From assembly GCA_026625185.1 (NCBI GenBank), contig CP113000.1, positions 1,155,622-1,187,621 of the forward strand: 32,000 nucleotides of DNA, given 5' to 3'. Under the pieces are notes generated by a model. It was not told the DNA's origin and did not search any database. It worked only from the letters and a program-made list of their open reading frames with translations. Below, piece by piece: positions 25,472 through 32,000 of this stretch (the first letter of the stretch is position 1; each line of letters begins with the position of its first letter). Made by a program: the position numbers and the translations under genes. This stretch comes from Thermodesulfobacteriota bacterium (lineage in GTDB: Bacteria > Desulfobacterota > WTBG01 > JAGOGO01).

Positions 25472-28400
25472 TAGGCATTTCCCTTTCTTTCAGGGAGAAC
25501 TTTGAAGGGCACTCGGTCTTGGAAAAGCGGCTCAAAGGCCGGCCACAAAGTTTTTAAAACCTGCACTGCCAAGGCGCTGGTGAATTCGTATTCTGAAGCC
25601 TCGGGGCCCTCTACATGTGCAGTGACAATTCCAAAATAATGGTCCACAAAAAAAACAAAGGTGCTGGTGCGACTTAATATCTTTGAGCTCGATACCTCGG
25701 CGTTTCCACGAAAAGTCTCAAACCGGTTATCGCCGGTTCCTGTTTTTCCTCCGACCTCAAGAAGCGTGCCGTCAGGATTTACAAAAGTATTTTTAATCCG
25801 TTGGGCGGTACCCCTATTAACCACATTCTTTACCGCCATTTTTAAAACGCGGGCAACCTCAGGAGTCATAACTTTTTTACCGGGAACTGGTGATTTAACA
25901 AAGTGAGTTTCATAGGGAGTGCTTTGGGCAAAATGTAAAGTCTGGATATTAAAAGAAGCCTTAAAAATTCCCTCGTTGAGGATAATACCCATCAACTCCG
26001 CCAAGCTTGCCGGGCGATCAGCCGAACTTCCGATAGTCGTGGCCAAAGAGGGCACGAGAGATTCAAAGGGATATCCTAATGACTTCCAGTTACGGTGAAT
26101 TTCCCCAAAGGCCTTTCTTTCCAGCATTATCCTTATTCTTATGTTTTGAGCGGTATGAAAAGAAGATTTAAAAAGCCAGGAAGAAGAAAGTTTCCGTGCT
26201 TCTTTGCTTGCTTCCAGCACTTCCGTCCAGGGTGCCCGAGGGTGGTCTTTGAAATAACCGACAATCCAATCCTCCAAGGGATGTTTGCCGAGTAAATACG
26301 CTTCATCCATCAGGCTGAAAGATTTTCCCCGATAAGCTCGAAATAGTTTATTGAGATACGTGAGGTCTAAGGCATTTTCTCCGAAACGTGCTTTTGCCTT
26401 AGCCTCTAATTGGTCAAAAGAAGCCGTGGGGTTTTCTTTTAAATAAAGGAGCACCCAATTTCTTAGGGGATGTTTTTGAGATTGGCGGAGCAGATCCAAA
26501 GACTCAGCATAGCTTTTAGATTGATGAATACGATAAAATTTTCTGAGGAATTCAACTGCCTCTGATTCCGCGGCTTCCTTCAAGAGCGGTATTCGCTCAG
26601 AGTCGTTTGGATCGGAAAGGAGCTTTTTTTCGTCATACCCGAGCTCTGCAACATAATAATTTACCACTTCTTTCATGAGCCGGATAAAGACTAAATTTAC
26701 CGATTGGCACAGCCCCTCTTCAATGGTATACACCTTGTCGTCCTGGTCCTTTTTGAAATTTTTAAAAACGTGTAATCCACCGCCGGTGAAAAACTCTCGA
26801 TGAGGGTTGGCAGAAATTTCTCTCTGCAAGCTGGCCTTAAGCACTTCTTCTCGCGTTGCCTTGGGGTGCAGGAGACGATACTCGGCCACCCATTCTGATA
26901 ACGCATTGGGAGGCGATTTTCGCGCGGAGGGATCTTGGCTGGAAAAGCAATCATCAAGACGATCAATAGCCATGAGATAGGTGGCCAGGGTTCGAAGTTT
27001 GGCGGTTGAGCCGAGCTCCAGCTTTATACCGGTAGAAATATTAAGCGGTCTATTAAGCGTATCGGATTGCACCCGCAGAAAATTTCCCTCAGGCCGACTT
27101 TCAAAAAGGGAGATGCTGTAGACTACTTTTTCCGGATCACCAATGTTTAAAATATAAGGGGAAATAAACCCCTGTTCCTTTAAGAACTTCAGGTCATAAA
27201 GGGAGTTCAAGATGGTGTTGACTTTTTGCTGGGTTTCGAAGTCAAGGGTTGTATCAGCCGTAAGGTCTAAGCGATCCAGTTCATAAAGGGTTTTTATACC
27301 TAAGAGATCAAGCAGGTTTGTCCGCAGAGCATCCATCCCTTTTCGACGCAGCAAAGAAATGGGAGCCGGAAAGGGCGCGCCGGGTTTAAATGTTAAGGGG
27401 ATAGTTAGGGAAGCTTTTGTTAATTCAGGACTAATTATCCCATCTTTTTCTAAAAGGCGAAAATAGCTCGTTACTTGTTTGTTCAAGAGCGCCGGGTCAT
27501 TTTGCATGTAAAAGGAAGGATAGCGCGTGGCAATAATTAATGAAAAAGCCTCTTTTAAGGTCTTTGCCTTTTGATAAATTTTATCGAGACCGGTTTCCGG
27601 AAGAGATAGGTCGGATATTAATCGGTTTATGGTTTTGCCATACCAGGCCCACATCCCATTGCCGATGCCATTGATTTCTCCATAGCCCGGAGCTGCACCC
27701 AACGGCATTCCGTTAAGGTACTCTTTGACAATCTCCCGGCGCACTTCAATAGTATTAGGATTCTTCTGATAGGCCCAGATACTTGCTCCTGCCATTTGTT
27801 TAAGCTTATCCCAAGGAGTGCCGGTTATTCCCTTGCTGGAGTGTCTAAATTTTATTAGCTGGGTCGCCAGAGTGCTTCCGCCCATCCCGCCCGAAGAACT
27901 GAAAAATTTTTCATCCACATAGCTAAAAAGGGCCAATGCAAATCGGTCCCATTCAATCGCGGGGTTTAAAAAAGGACTTTTATAGTTTAAAAGCCCCCGG
28001 TTTTCCCGGTGAAGCAGAAGTTTTATCAGCAATGGAGGTATTGCCTGAAATGAGGAAAATTGTTCGGTGCTGAGATTAACGTAGTATATCTGGGAGCCAT
28101 CTTTGTCGTTAAGGCGAAGGCCAGGAGCGAGTTTTTTATCATAAGGGATCGCAATCCCGCTTCTTAACAAGGATTGGATTTTCTGGGACTGGCGGGCCTG
28201 ACGGGAGACTGCATAGCCGGCATCTTTAAGTTGTTTTTGAAAATCCGGCAACCGGGAATAACCCATTGCGATGTCATAAGGGCCATCCATAGGGAAAACA
28301 ATGCGGTTGTTTTTCCCTTTTTCAACCCCCCAATTTATGTCTTGGGCATACCAAGAAAAAAAGGTGGCTTCTATTTCATTGGTTTTTAATTCGTAAATGA

Positions 28401-28485
28401 TTGCCAATAAAAAAGGAAGCGCCAAAAAAGAAAGGACAAAAATTTTTTTTAGAATACCAGATGGTTCCCCTGGGCGTCTACTCAT
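25471..28485 (-). CDS. Class-A-PBP-like protein: divergent GT51 transglycosylase + transpeptidase-like domain with large insertions
   Basis: N-terminal TM anchor. GT51-like blocks HRENRGLL, GGSTLATQLIKF, DKLKQM and EIVKEYLNGMPLG...WYGK. Transpeptidase motifs STAK (493-496), SVN (595-597) and KTG (914-916). Confidence 0.8.
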   Translation of the reverse strand: MSRRPGEPSGILKKIFVLSFLALPFLLAIIYELKTNEIEATFFSWYAQDINWGVEKGKNNRIVFPMDGPYDIAMGYSRLPDFQKQLKDAGYAVSRQARQSQKIQSLLRSGIAIPYDKKLAPGLRLNDKDGSQIYYVNLSTEQFSSFQAIPPLLIKLLLHRENRGLLNYKSPFLNPAIEWDRFALALFSYVDEKFFSSSGGMGGSTLATQLIKFRHSSKGITGTPWDKLKQMAGASIWAYQKNPNTIEVRREIVKEYLNGMPLGAAPGYGEINGIGNGMWAWYGKTINRLISDLSLPETGLDKIYQKAKTLKEAFSLIIATRYPSFYMQNDPALLNKQVTSYFRLLEKDGIISPELTKASLTIPLTFKPGAPFPAPISLLRRKGMDALRTNLLDLLGIKTLYELDRLDLTADTTLDFETQQKVNTILNSLYDLKFLKEQGFISPYILNIGDPEKVVYSISLFESRPEGNFLRVQSDTLNRPLNISTGIKLELGSTAKLRTLATYLMAIDRLDDCFSSQDPSARKSPPNALSEWVAEYRLLHPKATREEVLKASLQREISANPHREFFTGGGLHVFKNFKKDQDDKVYTIEEGLCQSVNLVFIRLMKEVVNYYVAELGYDEKKLLSDPNDSERIPLLKEAAESEAVEFLRKFYRIHQSKSYAESLDLLRQSQKHPLRNWVLLYLKENPTASFDQLEAKAKARFGENALDLTYLNKLFRAYRGKSFSLMDEAYLLGKHPLEDWIVGYFKDHPRAPWTEVLEASKEARKLSSSWLFKSSFHTAQNIRIRIMLERKAFGEIHRNWKSLGYPFESLVPSLATTIGSSADRPASLAELMGIILNEGIFKASFNIQTLHFAQSTPYETHFVKSPVPGKKVMTPEVARVLKMAVKNVVNRGTAQRIKNTFVNPDGTLLEVGGKTGTGDNRFETFRGNAEVSSSKILSRTSTFVFFVDHYFGIVTAHVEGPEASEYEFTSALAVQVLKTLWPAFEPLFQDRVPFKVLPERKGNA

Positions 28486-28592
28486 AGTTTTGTGAAAAAA
28501 AGAAGCGGCGATAACAGCGCACGTCAGAAGTGATTATGAAGGAAGAAGTCATTTTATTGTCAGAGCAATAGCTAATCGGGCGGTTTAAGAAA

Positions 28593-29756
28593 CTAACGGA
28601 CTCCTTGGTGGAGGATTATCGGGTTAATTCCAAAATATTTCCAAATACACTTTTTTGTCTTCTGAGCGCTCGATAAGTCCTGATAAAATCCAACCTTGAC
28701 TCGATGGCGAACGACTCCATGTTTTGAAGAGGTCTTTTCAATAAATGATGGGTATCCATTATCAGAAAGCGTCTGATTGAGGCCAAGCGCCTTTTCCGAG
28801 TCGGAAAATGACCCAACCTGAAGGACGTAACTCCCCCTTTTGCTTGGGGGTGAGCTGATCGCCGGAGAAGATACTTGTCTAGAGATTTCTGGGTGTTTGG
28901 CAATTTTTATAACACTATTCCCTTTGTTTGTTCCTCCCCCATTAAATCCAAAGTCGAGCAGCTTCACGGCATCTTTAAAGTGATTATTAGAACCTAAAAC
29001 ACAAACCAAAAGATTTCTTCCGTTTTGCTGTGCTTCTCCCACAAAACACTTACTAGCACGACGAGTATAGCCGGTTTTACCACCGATCATTCCCGCGTAC
29101 CTGCCCAGGAGCTTATTGTGATTTCTCAGATAAATCAATCGCTTGTTGGGGCATTGGATAGACATTGACTCGGTTTGGACTATTTCCCGAAACACAGGAT
29201 TATTCATTGCATATTTAAATATCAAGACCAAATCACGGGCAGTAGAATAATGATCTCTTTGATCAAGGCCATGAGGATTGCTAAAGCGAGTATTGTTGGC
29301 GCCAATTTCTTTTGCCTTAAGATTCATTTGCCGAGTAAAATTTGCAATTGATCCAGCGGTTCCTTCGGCGATTACGACACAAGCATCATTGGCTGAGTTC
29401 AACAGGGTGCAGCGCAAAAGGTCATCCATTCGCCATTGTTCGCCGGAGCGGATTTCGACTTTACAGGGCTGCACGCGACTTGCGTCTTTGGTGGCGCAGA
29501 CAACTGAATCGAGTCGGTCATTTTCTAAGGCGACAATCGCGGTCATGACTTTGGTGGTGCTGGCAGGGGGCAAACGGAGATCGGGATTCTTTTGGTAAAG
29601 AATAGTTCCAGTATCTGCATCTATTAAGAAAGCAGCCTTGGCAGAGATAAACTCGTTAGAATTGATTTTGGCTTGGGATTTATCAGGGCTGCCGATTACA
29701 AACACGAAGACCGAGAAAATAATAACGATAAATTTCTCGGATAAAATTTTGACCAT
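28593..29756 (-). CDS. D-alanyl-D-alanine carboxypeptidase (S11, PBP5/6-type) with a C-terminal SPOR domain
   Basis: Signal peptide. Motifs ASTTKVMT (SxxK), NSANDA (SxN) and GKTGYT (KTG). C-terminal YVLQVGSFSDSEKA...HRVKVGFYQDLSSAQ is the SPOR part. Confidence 0.9.
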   Translation of the reverse strand: MVKILSEKFIVIIFSVFVFVIGSPDKSQAKINSNEFISAKAAFLIDADTGTILYQKNPDLRLPPASTTKVMTAIVALENDRLDSVVCATKDASRVQPCKVEIRSGEQWRMDDLLRCTLLNSANDACVVIAEGTAGSIANFTRQMNLKAKEIGANNTRFSNPHGLDQRDHYSTARDLVLIFKYAMNNPVFREIVQTESMSIQCPNKRLIYLRNHNKLLGRYAGMIGGKTGYTRRASKCFVGEAQQNGRNLLVCVLGSNNHFKDAVKLLDFGFNGGGTNKGNSVIKIAKHPEISRQVSSPAISSPPSKRGSYVLQVGSFSDSEKALGLNQTLSDNGYPSFIEKTSSKHGVVRHRVKVGFYQDLSSAQKTKKCIWKYFGINPIILHQGVR

Positions 29757-30121
29757 ATGAAAAACCTCAGTCCTTTAAAATAAACTCAGAGGAAAAAACA
29801 GGTACGGTGCCTTGTATGACAGGTAACGACTTTTCAAAGTATTACTTTAAAAAAATCTCTCTATCTCGTCAATACAATTTTAACATCTCACGGCGTGAAA
29901 ATTTCTCCGGTGGTAAAAATACTGAAGAAAAGAAGAAACTTATGTTCTTACGAGATTGCCCATTGTATAAAGCAAAAGATTTTGGTAAAATGTTTTTTGT
30001 TTATAAAAAGTTAACCAACCTGACCATTATTGCGGAGAGTATTCCTGTGTGATCCCCCGGGAAATTTAAAAGAAATACCCAATTCCTTTTCGCGGAATGA
30101 AATAATAGAAGGTTTTAACTA

Positions 30122-31447
30122 ATGAAAAAAATTTTAACGGTCGCCGGCTCAGACTCTTCTGGGGGGGCTGGAATTCAAGCTGACCTAAAAACAATTACTT
30201 TACTGGGGGAGTATGGCCTGAGCGTAGTCACGGCCTTGACCGCCCAAAACACTCAGGGTGTTTTCGGAATCCATCCGGCGCCGTTGGATTTCATTTCCGC
30301 TCAGTGGGACGCGCTGGTTTCGGATATCAGCCTGGATGCAGTTAAGACCGGAATGCTCTGGGACGAAAAAGTTATAAAGCTCATTTCCCAAAAAATAAAA
30401 AAAAGTAAAATCCCGATCAAAGTATTCGACCCGGTTATGGTCTCAAAATCCGGGGCTATCCTCCTTACCGATGAAGGCCAATCAGCCTTTATTAAGGAGT
30501 TGTTTCCTTTGGCTACGATCGTAACCCCCAATATCCCGGAAGCAAAAATTATTTCCCGCCGTGCAATCCGAACCGTCCAGGAAATGGAAAAAGCCGCAAA
30601 AAAAATTCTTCAGATGGGTGCGAAAACTGTTGTAATAAAAGGAGGACACCTTCGGGGGCAGGCGGTTGATGTTTTTTTTGACGGCAAGGAGTTTCTCCAT
30701 TTCTCTTCTCCCCGGATTAATACGATTCATACTCATGGGACAGGATGCGCTTTTGCCACTGCAGTTGCGGTTGAGCTCACCAGAAATCCGGATATTCGAG
30801 TAGCAATTCAAAAGGCTAAAGATTTTATCACAACCTCGATAACGGATTTTATTTCTTTGGGGAAAGGAAGGGGCCCGGTAAATCCCTATGCTTATTTTGC
30901 GCGGGAAGGAGAAATGTACCGCGCGATTCAAGCGTTACAGCGAGCAATAAAAAAATTTCAGAGCTATCCGGTCGGCTCGCTTATCCCGGAGGTGCAGTCT
31001 AATTTAGGATATGCGATTTCTTCGGCGAAAACCGCCGAGGATGTTATCGCTTTTCCGGGCCGGATTATTCGCTTTAAAGACCGTGTCCATGTCTTCTCTT
31101 CTCCTGAAGCTGGAGGATCGCGGCATGTGGCCAATATCATTTTAACGGCGATGCATTTTGACTCCGATTACCGGGCAGCAATGAACATTCGTTATTCAAA
31201 GGAGATTATTCAAAAGTGCCGAGAGCAAAACTGGAACATTAAAAAGTTTGATCGCCGGAAAGAACCTGATAGAATAAAATTTAAAGAAGGAGCGAGTTTA
31301 GAGTGGGGAATTGGTTCTATCCTTAAAAAATGTGCTTCTATCCCAGATGTTATTTATGATTTAGGAGATGTGGGTAAGGAGCCGATGATCAGGATTTTTG
31401 GGAAAAACCCTGAGGAGGTTGTAAATAAAGCATTATGTCTTCTTTAA
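30122..31447 (+). CDS. thiD: Hydroxymethylpyrimidine/phosphomethylpyrimidine kinase fused to a ThiN-type domain (ThiDN)
   Basis: TVAGSDSSGGAGIQADLKT...GTGCAFATA is the ThiD part (aa 1 to about 265). The C-terminal roughly 175 aa (IPEVQSNLGY...FPGRI...GGSRHVANIIL...DLGDVGKEPMIRIFG) resemble the ThiN domain known from archaeal ThiDN. Confidence 0.88.
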   Translation: MKKILTVAGSDSSGGAGIQADLKTITLLGEYGLSVVTALTAQNTQGVFGIHPAPLDFISAQWDALVSDISLDAVKTGMLWDEKVIKLISQKIKKSKIPIKVFDPVMVSKSGAILLTDEGQSAFIKELFPLATIVTPNIPEAKIISRRAIRTVQEMEKAAKKILQMGAKTVVIKGGHLRGQAVDVFFDGKEFLHFSSPRINTIHTHGTGCAFATAVAVELTRNPDIRVAIQKAKDFITTSITDFISLGKGRGPVNPYAYFAREGEMYRAIQALQRAIKKFQSYPVGSLIPEVQSNLGYAISSAKTAEDVIAFPGRIIRFKDRVHVFSSPEAGGSRHVANIILTAMHFDSDYRAAMNIRYSKEIIQKCREQNWNIKKFDRRKEPDRIKFKEGASLEWGIGSILKKCASIPDVIYDLGDVGKEPMIRIFGKNPEEVVNKALCLL

Positions 31448-32000
31448 CAACATTAAAAAAAGCTCAATCCGGAGAAATTACTCCGGAAATGGAACACGTG
31501 GCAAAAGATGAGGGGATTTCTCCTGAGCTTCTCCGTGACGAAGTTGCTGCGGGGAGGGTGATCATCTGTAAAAACAAACACCGTGCGAATTGTAAACCAA
31601 TAGGGATCGGCAAGCACCTCACGACCAAAGTGAACGCCAATATTGGCTCATCAGAAGCTCATGCCGATCTTAACGTGGAACTGGAAAAACTGCGGGTGGC
31701 GATTAATGCGGGGGCGGATGCGGTTATGGATTTAAGCACCGGCGGGCCAATTAAAGAAATTCGCCAGGCGGTTTTAAAAGAAGCATCAATTCCGATCGGC
31801 ACGGTTCCGATTTATCAAACCGCGATTGACACCATTCGAAAAAAAAAGAAAGGGATCGTGGAGATGTCAGCGGACGATATTTTTTCCACGATCCAGGAAC
31901 AGGCTGAAGAAGGAGTGGACTTTATAACGGTCCATTGTGGCGTAACCAGACAGGCAATGGAGAGGATCAATCGCCAGGGACGTCTTCTGGATGTGGTCAG
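31435..32000 (+). CDS. thiC: Phosphomethylpyrimidine synthase, 5' part (runs off window)
   Basis: ATG at 31435 overlaps the thiD end by 13 nt. MSSLTTLKKAQSGEITPEMEHVAKDEGISPELLRDEVAAGRVII...TKVNANIGSS...MDLSTGG...FITVHCGV is canonical ThiC. The frame is open to nt 32000. Confidence 0.93.
   Translation, partial: MSSLTTLKKAQSGEITPEMEHVAKDEGISPELLRDEVAAGRVIICKNKHRANCKPIGIGKHLTTKVNANIGSSEAHADLNVELEKLRVAINAGADAVMDLSTGGPIKEIRQAVLKEASIPIGTVPIYQTAIDTIRKKKKGIVEMSADDIFSTIQEQAEEGVDFITVHCGVTRQAMERINRQGRLLDVV

Noticed and set aside
30017-30023. Possible TPP riboswitch core (AACCTGA) upstream of thiD
   Set aside because: The other conserved elements (CTGAGA, the paired GGGGTGC/…GGGA ends, the GGATAATGCC loop) are not present at the expected spacing on either strand.
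29807-30052. 81-aa plus-strand ORF in the thiD leader
   Set aside because: It is Lys/Phe/Asn-rich low-complexity translation of AT-rich DNA, with no SD and no motif.
1-32000. Scan for CRISPR arrays, tRNA/rRNA genes and integrase/recombinase genes
   Set aside because: No regularly spaced direct repeats, no cloverleaf-compatible sequences and no tyrosine/serine recombinase motifs were seen. The only mobile-element protein is the IS30 transposase.

Overview
This is a 32-kb bacterial chromosomal segment. Hand counts of a few 60-nt lines give about 42-47% GC. The lineage cannot be determined from this sequence alone, and all family calls come from reading motifs by eye, with no database search.

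Core genes:
- the 3' part of an M24 Xaa-Pro peptidase
- efp
- comEC
- an APC-type permease
- a macro-domain protein
- mscL
- a 1004-aa class-A-PBP-like protein
- a SPOR-tailed D,D-carboxypeptidase
- a ThiD-ThiN fusion
- thiC, which runs off the window

Accessory content:
- A minus-strand exopolysaccharide (EPS) export operon: secreted protein, beta-barrel OMP, Wza-like exporter and a Wzz/BY-kinase-like co-polymerase. It ends in an IS30-family element.
- A compositionally mosaic insert at 13.1-16.4 kb carrying a PD-(D/E)xK-like orphan, a DCC-family oxidoreductase and a NYN+OST-HTH protein.
- A rhodanese - MauE/DoxX - thioredoxin-like operon.
- Small domain genes: PPC/DUF296, metallophosphoesterase, DUF1330, VOC and DUF488.

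The dominant theme is gene damage:
- one IS-truncated gene with an orphan fragment on the other side of the IS
- two in-frame TAA stops (OMP, AmmeMemoRadiSam-type radical SAM)
- three frameshifts that are each exactly one base short in a homopolymer of 6 nt or more (OMP, PD-(D/E)xK ORF, cytochrome b)
- at least three gene stumps (phosphoribosyltransferase, M24 peptidase, Fe-S protein)

This is either real genome decay or partly an assembly artefact.

The most novel-looking feature is a module of about 165 aa inserted inside the P-loop domain of the EPS co-polymerase. It carries two tandem 24-residue repeats with the spacing and key residues of the MshEN-type c-di-GMP-binding motif. That suggests a nucleotide-second-messenger sensor built into a polysaccharide export ATPase.
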